From assembly GCF_009914755.1 (NCBI RefSeq), contig NC_060947.1: DNA of 64,000 nucleotides; one strand, given 5' to 3'. The position numbers and the translations under genes were made by a program. Below, one piece after another: positions 30,961 through 43,494 of this stretch. Under the pieces are notes generated by a model. It ran no database searches. It saw nothing but the letters and a program-made list of their open reading frames with translations, and was not told the origin of the DNA. How positions within the stretch are numbered: position 1 is the stretch's first letter; the number at the start of each line of letters is the position of its first letter. The stretch is from the human T2T-CHM13v2.0 reference genome, Homo sapiens.

Positions 30961-33900
30961 AGACTTCTTGGTAAGCATTCAATTCTACATATGTTACTGA
31001 AAGGAACTTTTCCCCTTCCTCCTCCCTTTACAATTTCCAAGCATGCCACATTTCCCTCTGGCTTTTAGTGTGTACATCTGTAAAATCAAAAGATTAAATT
31101 AGATGATATCTAAGGTCCCTTTCACTTCTGATGTCCTGCGATTATACCATCTCTGTGATTTCTTACATGGCCTCTATAACTTCAGTATTATGCATAATTC
31201 TAGCAGAGTCTACCTCAGTGGAAAATATTTCCTCCAGGCTCCTTCTCTTATTCAGTGCCTTCGAAGTGCCAAAGACCAGGGAACAGTCTCAGGAATACTA
31301 GCCCAAGTTGACTAAGCACAGAGGTTTTGCGGATCCCATCTGTAAAGGCTACCAGAGTCCCTTTGATGACCACCTTCAAGAGGGCTAATAAGGACAACTC
31401 CCATGTAAGAAGAAAAGTCCATCTGACAAGTATAAGGCAGTAGTTTGAAGAATTAAATAAAGGACAGTTTGGCAACTGCTTCCAAAAGGCTATACTGGCC
31501 TGGAGGTAGTTTGAAATAAAGTCTGTATTACTAATTGAAAGGCAAGAAGAGAGTCTTGGAATAAATCAGATAAAATAAATAAAGAGATTATTTTACTTAT
31601 TGTCAGCAATGCCACAGGCAGTCTTGGAATTTGGTGGCAGTCCTATCTTCTTAAGCTTTTCGTTGCCAACTCTCAAAATGTTCAAAATCCATTTCTAGGT
31701 CTTCTTTCCACCCCATGGTTATAAATCTTCAATGACAAAAAAGCAAACCTTGAAAGTTCTATAATGTTAAATATTTCTGAGGATACAACCCACTCCCCAA
31801 GTAGAGCTAGCACCTGGATACTTCCTCCCACAAGAAAGAATTGCTGGAGAAGCTTGCCTGAGCCACATCTATTAAACTTAGGCTTCTAGGAGTCTAAGAA
31901 AAATGTACTGTTTTCACGTCGAGTTTATACCAGCTGACCTGATTTTGAACCCACACCCACCCAAACACAATGTAAAACTCTGCTCATGATTCTAACTACT
32001 GGAGAGTGACTTGTTTCACTTACCAAAGAGTGTCATGCCAAGACTTAGGAACTACCAAAATATAGCAAAAACCCACAACCAAATAAATAAGATAAAGAAA
32101 TTAGAGAAATGATGCATAAGCACTATATTATCTGTATATGTTCTATATCTTAAAATATAGATTTTCTACACATACCCAAAAGATACTTCTTATACCAAAA
32201 ATAAACATTGAGACTTTGGAAGACTTGTCTCTTGCATTATCCTTGTCCAATTATAAGGGATTCGTTACCTATAATGCCAATACTGCTTTCGAGTTTGGCC
32301 ATTAGCATTTATTTTTCTGCACTGAGGGAAATTCTACATAGGCATTTTGTATATGTCTGAGAGATGAGCATGGAGAGAGTGGAAAGTAGAAAATGCACAA
32401 GAAACTGAGGCAGATTCTCCTTTCCTCTAGCATCAGGCCTTTATAGTTAAATTCATTCCCACAGCATGCAGACACATTCAAACAAAGTATAAAATAGGTT
32501 ACACAATTAAATACAAGTGAGTTTAAGCATATTCACTATTTGGTACTATTCGAACCTTGGATTCCCTGTCCCCGTTGCAAATAATTGAGAAAAGTAAGTT
32601 TTAAAGCATAGGTAGACAGAATAGCTGAAGATGGGAGGTGGTGGGGGAAGATGGGTTGGGTAGACTAAATGGTCTATTGAGACTTCCACTTGCTCTATCA
32701 TTCTGTTAGGAGTCATTGACGTTAATGTTCTTAGACTATTCTGTATGCATAAGGCAAATTATAATAGACCCTCAGATTGATCATTCAAGAATCTGAGGGC
32801 TGTTTTGAAAGATGGAGCTTAAGTTCTTTTCTTATTCATCCCTTGGGTATGTGGATAATTCAAAAGCAAGTAATAGACATGTCTGTTGGGTCTACCTGGC
32901 TTATTGGCCAGTTTGATCTTTAATATTATACAGTCACTACTCTAGCTTTATCTAAGGCTTTATGATTCCCTTATGCCACCAAATCGCAAGTTGACCAGAT
33001 ATTACACGTGCAAACACAAGGCTCAGAGAGCAGAACAGGTGACTACTGTGGCTGTGCCCCAGACACACTCTTCCCTAGAAAGAAGGGAGGGAGTAAATTA
33101 ACATTTAGTGAGTACCTACTATGTGCCAAGTACTGTGCTAATAACTTCCACATACATTCTAAAGCATGTTCTACATTGGAAGCAGGGTTGATCTATTCAA
33201 ATAATATATGATACATTGGAAAGTAGAAGAAGAGAGGGGTGTTGCACCTGGGAATCAATAAATCCAACAGCAAAATATTGATTCAAGAAATACTAGCAAC
33301 CTCTGGCCAGAGAAGCTTACCTTCCAAAAAGATATAATCACAGCCTCAGCCAGCTGAAGATAGGAATGTCAAAAGGCTCAGGGGAGGATGCATATCTTTC
33401 GAAATGATCACAACAGCAGTATTTCTCCAAGCTACATTGAGCTTTCTTGGCACCACAGACAGAGTAGGGGAGCCTAGGGTTGAACCAACATACTTGTACC
33501 CATCCAGCTGTGCCCACATATCTGCCACCTCCAGATAACCCTCTCTCTAGCCCTGGGGCACAAGCTGATCACACACCATTTTCTGAAAATAATTCTTCTT
33601 TGTCTTGCTCCAGGGACTTTGGCAGAGAATTGGGGAAGATGCTTTGTGCATCCTGTGGCACTCAACTATCTAATGCCGAAAGCTTGCAGCCAGGGGAGGT
33701 TTGTCCAAATGTCTGACCTAAAAGGGCCATGGCTTCACTTCTTTTCTAATTAGGATAATTAACCTCCCCTGCTCATTCATCCTGTTCCAATCCAAAAAGC
33801 TCAAATTAAAATGGCACAGGAGACTGTCAGGCTCTAGGGACAAGAGACAGTTTACAAGTCTTTCATTTCCATGCCACCACCATCAAGGCAAAGCCAGGAC

Positions 33901-34943
33901 AAAGTTGTCACAGCAACTTTACCCTTGAAACAACCTTGGGGCCCCTGGAAGGCCACTTTCAGAATTTTCATCAATGTAAATACTCCATCAGCTATAAAAT
34001 TTTGCACAGCTCCATAACACTTGCTGACTAAATTGGGGCAGAAGGGAGGGACAGGGAAGATGATAATAGGAGATAACATTTCTCTTTCTATTGTCATGTG
34101 GATTCTGTGGTTGGTCCAAGGAGAACAAAAACTAGATGCTTTGAGTTGGTAGGATTTGATATGGGATTCAGGGAATGTATTCTTTGGGAACAATCACTGG
34201 AGGCAAAACTTTGGGAGCATTTAAAAAACTGGAAGCAAATAGCAGCACTTCAAGCAGGGCAGAGACACAACTAAGGGGAAGCAATTCTACAGTTCTTCCT
34301 CTGATGACTTTAACTGTCCTTTCCCCACCTCTGAGCAGGTTTTAGAGTTTCATATCAGATGCCCAGGCAGATAGGACTGATGACTGTCCTCTGGATCTCT
34401 TGCCCCTCCCTACTCTAGGATTCAGTCCAGCATCTTCACTACATGCAGCCCTTCCTACCTACCTGTGTGGGAAGCCACTGTGCGCTGTAGTCTCGGTGCC
34501 AAGAATTCGTTGGCTACAGACCTTTGTGAGCCTCCATGGCTGATAGGAAAGGCAACGGACAACAGGTTAATAGATGAGATTGTGCTGCTCATTTGGACTG
34601 AGTACTGAAAAGTTCTTTCCAGCCCAGTAGTGTTGATTTTCCCTGGGTCTGCCTTGTTTGGAATATCTCCAGTAGTGAAGACCCTGACTTGCAACTCAGT
34701 ATGTCCTAGATCCATCTACATAAATTTTTCAGCATGTTAACAGCTTTGACTTGGGCCTAGGTTGAGCAAGTTGGTCACTCTCTAAACTTTGCCAAATCAT
34801 GTCCTGGTCCCCTGCTAGCCCTACACTGTTCATGTCCCATCCATAATCTCCACTGCAGCCTGGGCCTTTCCTGCTCTTGAATTACCAATCTGTGTTAACC
34901 AGCCAAAGCGTAGTTCTCAGTCGTTATACAAGAATGACTAGGC

Positions 34944-35108
34944 CAGTGCTTCTCAAATTTTGATGGGCTAATGAATCACCTGAGAAGCTTGTTAAAATGT
35001 ACATTCTGGTTCATTAAGTCTAGAGTGGGGCCCAAGAGTATGCAGTTCTAACAATCAGCCTTGGTGATGCCAATGCTGCTGATCCATAGACCATACTTTA
35101 AGTAGCAA
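34944..35108 (-). mobile_element. MER5A1-type MITE
   Basis: cagtgcttctcaaatttt...gaatcacctgagaagcttgttaaaatg...ggtgatgccaatgctgctgatccatagaccatactttaagtagcaag. Confidence 0.8.
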
Positions 35109-35586
35109 GTAGAGCATCTTTAGGGTCTTCTCTGTAATTGATATGCTGATGTAGAGGCCACACTTTAAGTAGCAAAAACATATGCTCATTTCCCAAATGA
35201 GTTAGACCCGACTTGGCTGCTTGAAATAAGACATTGTGGCACATCAACCTCTCTTCTTGGCAGTCAACAATAGCATCCTTTCATATTAAGGCTAAAAGAA
35301 TTTTTAGGGTAACCAGGGCTGTGCAGAGGGTGTGACAAATGTGAACCTTAGTGTAGAGTATTCTTCTTAGGACTTGGGTTACTGGAAAAAAGCCTTCCTG
35401 GGCACCTGAAGCCAATCATGCAGGCCAAACTCATTTCGTATCCAGCCACTCCATTCATCGCACCCACTTTCATAGTGGTTCTGGATGGCTGCTGCCGCCA
35501 CATCACTCATGCTGTGATCTGCATCAGTGGTTGAGACAACGGAAGCAGCTACATCATCCAAGCCACAATCCATTTATTTCATGCTA

Positions 35587-36117
<531 letters not shown>

Positions 36118-37439
36118 CTAACTGCCTTGTTTCTCGTTTCTCTCTAAAGGTAATTCTTGAATCCTTTCCTCTTTAGCATTGCTGCTGATTGTGTTCTTTG
36201 CTCAAATAATAGCTAATAAACTTCAAAGAACATTTGTATTTGTTTTGAGGGATGCTCTGTTATGTTGATATTTACAGAGTTAAACACTGCAGATGGGGAG
36301 TTTTCCCTAAGAAGATTCCAAAGCATTATGATTTTGTGGTTTTGATCCAAAATATATACATGTTTTATGGCCTAAGGGGGTTGTCAAACAGTGTTTTAAA
36401 AAACACTGGCAAATTTAAGATGCCTTTAAAAGTAGGACAGCTTGGGGATCCAGAAGGGCCCCACACCTACATTTCCCAGTGGCTGTGTAGAAACAAGTCT
36501 TGCTGGGCTGGCCTATTGCTGGCTCTGGTGGGGTCTCCAAGCTAAAGGAGTAGTCCTCATTAACTTTTTCCCTCTTATCCACTATCCCTGCCCACCTAGG
36601 CAGGTTACTAAACTCTCCTGGAGAGCTTAATAAATACTTTCATCTTCACAGGACCTGACAACTCCATTTTCCTCAAAATGATACATAAGACTTAAGACAC
36701 TGGCCAAGGGGATCAGATGCCCAGCCAAGAGGAACTGAACCATTTTGTTAAGTTCTGTCAATGAGTACTTTGCCTGAATGAGCATAGAAGCTCTTTGGGC
36801 ATGGCCAACTAGTCCCTGCACTGACCCAGTCATTATGATGGCTAGCTATGTGATTTATAATTAGATTCATTTTATTCAAATAAATTCCTAGCCAGTATGG
36901 TTTCCCAGAAGTCCATCTCAAGAGTTGTCATCTTAACTCTAAGTGACTCAGGGCTTTCCCCCTGTAAACTCTCCAGCCCCAGATTCTAGTTTGCTGAAGC
37001 ACTCCTAAATTCAGTCACTGCCATGTGGTTGTTTGTTCTTTGCAAATATTATAGTTAGCTCAGCTGGGTATATCCCCTGGTTAAATGAAGCCAAAGTCAT
37101 GACTTTGATGACTGCTAGTGCCAGTCAGCTTACTTCTCATCCAGAGATCTAGACTTTTCCCTCCATCTTGGCCAGCCAACCTTCTTAGTAATCTATGCCA
37201 TCAATGGCAAAGAAGACTAGATCAAATGGTGAGCTGGCTTTGCTTACATCTCTTTGCTTTATGCTCCACAGCTCTAGACAAAGTGTTAATTTCCAAGTGA
37301 AATATTATTTGGGAACAATCAGGGTAAGGGAGCAGAAATCTTTAGAAATATATTTTCTCTATCTCTCCTCCTTTCATATTATCTTTCCTTTTTTTCTAAA
37401 TTCTAGCCTCCTTTTGTCTCTTATCAAAATAGAATTCTC

Positions 37440-37737
37440 AACCAGGCATGGTGGCTCACACCTGTAATCCCAACACTTTGGGAGGCCAAGGCGGGCGGAT
37501 CACTTGAGGACAGGGGTTCAAGACCAGTCTGGCCAATATGGCGAAAGCCTGTCTTTACTAAAAATACAAAAACTAGCCAGGTGTGGTGGCACACACTTGC
37601 AATCCCAGCTACTCAGGAGGCTGAGGCACGAGAACCTCTTGAACCCAGGACATAGAGGTTGCAGTGAGCCGAGATCATGCCACTGCACTCTATCCTGGGC
37701 AACACAGTGAGAATCTGTCAAAAAAAAAAAAAAAAAG
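37440..37737 (+). mobile_element. AluS (Sz-like) SINE
   Basis: Full dimer with A tail; TSD-like agaattctc / gaaattctc. Confidence 0.95.
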
Positions 37738-38639
37738 AAATTCTCTTGATCTGTCCTGCAAATTCTGACAGTACCTATTTATACAATCCTTATGGGACTC
37801 CCAGGAATAGAATATCATTTTACAGATGAGGAAACTGAGTCCCAGAATGGAAAAAAACAACCACATGCTCATGTATTTTAATGAGGTCCCCAAGACTTTT
37901 TTAGAAGGTAAATCTTAGATTGCACGCAAGTTCAAACATTTATAATGCCTTCTCTGAACTTTCTCCTATGGGCAAAGAAAAAGGTTGGAAAGTTTTTGAG
38001 AATGAGCATGGCTGTAACATAATCAAAAGAGTGAAGAAGTTAAAGCTGACCTTAGTGAGAAGCTTGCATGAAAGAGGACTGCTGGAGTAGCCCAAGCATG
38101 TACCAATAATAACTTCAGAATAGCTGGTACTAATTAGAACGTAAAGAATGTGGCAGAACACAAAGAATTAATATATTTGACTTTGTGTACTCTTAGGGCA
38201 GTGGAAGGCTCCAAGATAGTATTCAAATTTTGTAACTAGGAAATTTGACAGAAATAAGAAAGTCAGAAGAAACCGCTGCTTTGGAGGCAGGGATATCTGA
38301 GAGAGTGTGAAGAATAAGTAAGGACACAAACAATAATAAAACCTGCCCAGTCTAGGAACTCCAGCTCAATTACAAAGTTGGTGATTAACTGACAGGAAAC
38401 ATACCATTAGCCAGAGAACCATGACTGTGTTTCTTTTAAGCACTGACTTACAATTGATTGCATGGCCTGTATCCCTGTGAGCCTGAAAAATCCTGGGCAT
38501 CTTCAGGTATTTACACAACAATGTGTTCTAGAGCCCTCCCTGCCATGGAGTAACACATAGAAAAATGTATGATTCCAACTTTCCTGGACAACTGCACATG
38601 TTGGAATAATTTCAGTCACTGATGGGGGGAAGAAATAAG

Positions 38640-38830
38640 AGTGCGAACTTAGAATCCAGACTAGTTAAGTGTTTTTCTTCATGAACATGTGCGTCTCTGA
38701 GCCTCAATTTCCTCACCTGGTTATTTGGGATAACTATGTACTCTTTAAGATTGGAAGAATTAAACGTGATAATGTGTATACATTGTTAGCTCTGTACTCA
38801 GCCCAAAGTAGACAATAAATGTTCATTTCT
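38640..38830 (+). mobile_element. MIR relic
   Basis: tctctgagcctcaatttcctcacctgg...aattaaacgtgataatgtgtata...caataaatgt. Confidence 0.65.
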
Positions 38831-41800
38831 ATCCTTGACCCCGCCTTGACAGCCCAAGGGAAAATAGTTCAATTTAAAACCTGAGGGATGAGAGTAAAAA
38901 CATTATACATCACAATACAAGAAAACCACAAATCTCTTAGTCAAAAAATGATTTAAATTTGGCATTCAGCTATAATCCCTCAGAGATGGGAGTAACCATC
39001 TATAGCCTAAGATTCTCAGGCTAATAGAAGATGGATGTGAGAGCTCGGAATCTTCGTTTCCCACTATCTCAATCAGATGATCTGTTCAGTGATACGTATT
39101 TTAAGGTGAGTCTTAATGAATGAAAGGTTTGTGGGATGGAAGTGAGGCTTTGTGGTGGAGGGCAACCAGAGTAAATCATGAGAGATGGAAAATGCTGGAG
39201 AAGGCTGTGCCTTGCATGAGAATTTGTGTGAGTAAGCAGGGTGAACCAAGCCAAAGGCTTTGGAGCCTGCATAGATTAGAGTGGGCCTCAGTGCCAAATG
39301 GGAGTCCCAGCTAGATTTGAGGAGGAAGATATGCTTTAACACACAAACTTGTTTGTGGGCTCTCTCACTCCTCCATGCAAAGGTACTGAAGGAAAGGAGA
39401 AGAGCCCTTAAGGAAGTCACAGATGTGTTGTAGGCAAAGTGCAAGGGATATATCCATCATGACATTCCTATTGGATTTTAACTTTTAGTCTATATCAAAA
39501 TGAATCTTTATTCAGAAAATGCCACAGAAACTTTGTTTTACATTAATATTGAAAGTTAAAAGAAGACAAGTATTGTGGTCATGGTCAAGTTTGGGATCTA
39601 TCATTGGGGCAAACCATTTTGTCTTTCTGGGCTTCAGTTTCTTATTGGCACAATGAAGAGATTGGGACCATCACTAATTCTGGCTCTCATATTTGAGAAT
39701 TCTGAGAAACTTGGAAGAACTCTGGCCACCACAAACAGCCTGACTTCTCTGCAGCTCACACAAGATTCAGCCACTCTTTCTGGAACCCAAGGCCTTGACA
39801 ACATTAGCCTATAACCCGCCTCCATAATGCCAAATTCACTCTCATATCCCCATTGGAAAAAACTCAATTGAAAGTAAACAACTAATCAAAGTGAGTTGAT
39901 CTTGGGCGTGTTTTACGTGGGTTTCTTTAGTATGGTGGATGGCACATGAAAATACTTATTTATCTTGTGAGTTTTGAACCCCATTTTGGGTGTTTCCCAA
40001 GCAGATTTTAAACCACAGTATTAAGTCAAAAAGAACTTGTCTTCCGCAAGAGAACAGCATGTTCTCTGTTGTCCTCAGGACTGTATCTTTGGCTCCTCTG
40101 TACCCTCTAGGCAAGAGTTTGCCCTTAATATTACCTTTGACAGCCCTCCAATGGTATTAGGATCAAGGAGTCTCAGCACTCCTGGAGGCACAGCAGGCAG
40201 AATAAGCTACAGTCCTTTGCACTCAGATCCAGACACTTTTCATCTTTGGCATACATTCACCCCCACTTCCTTCCCCCTTTTCCTTCTCACTGGTAACCAT
40301 CATTCATACCTCACACCCAGAACTCAGAAATGTTAAGAGGTTTATCTTGGCCTTGCTTTCTAAAAATTGAGAATGCTGAAGAATGTTCCCAGATAAGTGA
40401 CTTGCCTGATGAGAAGCCTTTTGCTTAGTGGAACTTAAACACATACTTTCTGAGCTCAAGTCTCACTTCAGTCAGTTCACTTTACAAGTCCATAGGCACA
40501 GGCCACAATGTGAACTACTCTGCACAGAAGTTCAGGGTATGGATGCTCAATATAAAATATACTCACTTCTGGGAATCTCTTCAAAGTTCATCTTCTGCTG
40601 GAGAAGGGGCAGCAGGGTGGGTGGTCATCTTCTTCTTTGTAGTCACTAGGTTCCATGTGGAATAAATGGGACCTGGGAAGAAGATGTACTGTGGCTGACT
40701 GGTAGCACTCCTTCCTCCAACCCATAAGTGAAGCCCCTTTTAATCATGCATAAGGCCTTCCCCCCACTGCCACCCAACTAGGGCTGGCAAGTGCATTCTC
40801 TGGTTGTGATCTATGGTCAGCTCTCTGCCCCGGGTATCTATAAAGTGCTTACTAACATCCATGTCACTCACTACTTGCTCTCTAGGAGACTCAGTCACAA
40901 GATCAGAGCTGGAAATTACGGATTTCAAAGGGATTAAGATGCCGAATGAGGAAATGTCATGTAAGAAACCCTATTCATGGGCATGATTAATCCTCTCATG
41001 GCATCTGTTAAGAGCTCAACAGTCCATGGAGAAACTTTGAGATGACTCCTGCCCTCTGTGAGTTTGCATCGCAGGCAGTCTATCCCAGAACAATTATTTA
41101 GATACCAAACAGAAACATGAAGGAACTACACACAATCATTGTAGCATCCCCTTCAATCCAAACCCCAGTTGCTTTCTGTTATTTTTATTTTTTTTATTTT
41201 TTATATCAGATATTGTGTGGGTGAGGATCAGAGGCTTGCCTATTCTGCTCTTCCCAGATGTTAAGTAAATCTACTCCAGATGGTCTTCTAAATTTCCTTT
41301 CAGCTGACAATGCAAAGCAAGTTTACTTTCACTCAATGAAACTGACATATCTATTTGGGCATGTTTTCTTAGCTCACAGAGAGGAGAATGGAGCTACATA
41401 ATTCACCAACAGGGAGACAAAGTTCAAATAAGGAACAAGATGAAAGAGAAAAATGGAAAAGGCAGGATTACATGCATTGCCAGCTTCAGAGCCAAGGTTA
41501 CACTTGACTAGTAGTCAGTAGCTGCCTCCTGGAGTGAGCTATTGGAGTACTTGGAATGCCTCAAGTAAGATATTGGGGTACCTGTTAGCTCAAGTTGCCA
41601 AACAATACTTGATCAATCACTTACGGCTGTCTACAATTTGCCCCTGTATTGTAAGTCTTTGGTTCTAATATTAAAACATACATCCTTCATGAAGGAGGTC
41701 ACAGTTGAAGCTGTTATCAGTCATGGACAGTCTAGTATAAGAGTTTCGTTTGGATTGAGAGACAATTTGTATTGGGAGAGAAGAAAAAGCACAAACAACT

Positions 41801-42614
41801 GGGAAACTGGGGTCACCTTCTGTTCAATGATTCCACAAATTAGCCAAGTACTCATCCTAATAATGCAGCTGCAAGGAGAAGAAGATTTGCAGAGGGTCAG
41901 CTCTTAATTAAAGGAAAATTTAAACAAATACAATTATAAGGAATGGAAGTCTCAGGGAAATATTAATTTGCTAACGGTAAATTAAGGATTGAATGTCGGT
42001 GAATATTTGTCTTTACCTTGTTCCATAAAATTCACAGACTGACATCCATATGCAAATATAAAGGGGTTCTTGATCTTCCCATATCAAACTCTTCACACAC
42101 AGAACAGTTTCTGTATTAGCGTCTCAAATTTAGACAATCACTATATTGATTTTGATGGAAAATAAAAGGGTTTAAATCAAGTTAAAACAAAAACAAACAA
42201 CAAAACAACAAAATGTGGATTCAAATGTGCTATAGAAGTCTTTCCATGAATTATTTTTAAATGAAAGTATACTTTGTAATATGAATAGTAATAGCCTGAA
42301 GTACTGGCTCTGAGTTCAGATTTTTGTATATCAGGTTTCTGAGATATGGGAAAACATACCATGAAATAACTAAATTGAGCTCATCATCTTTCTCTTTCCT
42401 CTGCCTCTATTTTTTCTTTACTTCTGTCTCAGAAACCACCTTCACACTCCATATCTAGCTTCTCCATTGCTTTACTTGGCCACAATATGCAAGGGAAATT
42501 TATTGGAAATTCCATGGAGACCAAAGACATTGCAAGAAATGGAAAGAGTGGTTGGCATAAGTTTGGATTTAAAGCCCATGTGAGCACTAGAATAAGAGTA
42601 GAAGAGCAAATTTT

Positions 42615-42754
<140 letters not shown>

Positions 42755-42879
42755 TTATTCGTCATTCACGTGATTTTTTGATGAAAAAGAATATTAATTT
42801 CATTAAAATGTCAAACTTTTATTCATGACAATGTATCATAAATATTAAAAGTAAAATACACTGGATTAAATATATGGCA

Positions 42880-43494
42880 TATGTCAAGATACTTAATGTC
42901 AATATATAAAGGCTCTTATAAATCAATAATAAAGACATTAACATCACTAAAAAGTTGGACAAAGGAAATAAACAGGCAGTACTCGAAATGATGAATAAAC
43001 ATGGACAAAAAAATAAAAAAGTCACTAGCTTTACTAATAAAGAAATGCTAACAAAAAAAGAGAATCCTCTTTATTCACCTACCAAATGGGCAAATATATT
43101 GTTCAGTGCTGGCAAGGGGACAGAGAGACAAGTACTCTCATAACCTGCTAATGGGAACACAAAGTGGGACAACCTTTCTGGAGGGCAATCTGGCAGTATG
43201 TATCAAGAGCCTTAAACATGTCCGTAAATGTTTGGCCCAGTATTCCTACTTTGAGATATTAATTCTATGAAAATAATTAGAGATGCTGTATGAGTGTTGT
43301 CAGCACGGCATTATTCATAATAAGGAGAGATTGGAAAACACTGAAATGTTCATGTTGCAGAATAGTTAAATAAGTTACAGTATGTCTAAAGGTTGGAATA
43401 CTATGTCATCATTAAAACTCATGTTTGAAAATGTCTAATAACAAGAAAATGTTCATGATATAATGCTAGATTTTTTAAAGGCAAGACACAAATA
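42880..43494 (+). mobile_element. Ancient L1ME-type 3' region (left piece; resumes at about 46117-46280)
   Basis: aacctttctggagggcaatctggcagtatgtatcaagagccttaaa...ttaaataagtta...ggaatactatg...gaaaatgttcatgatataatg. Confidence 0.7.
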
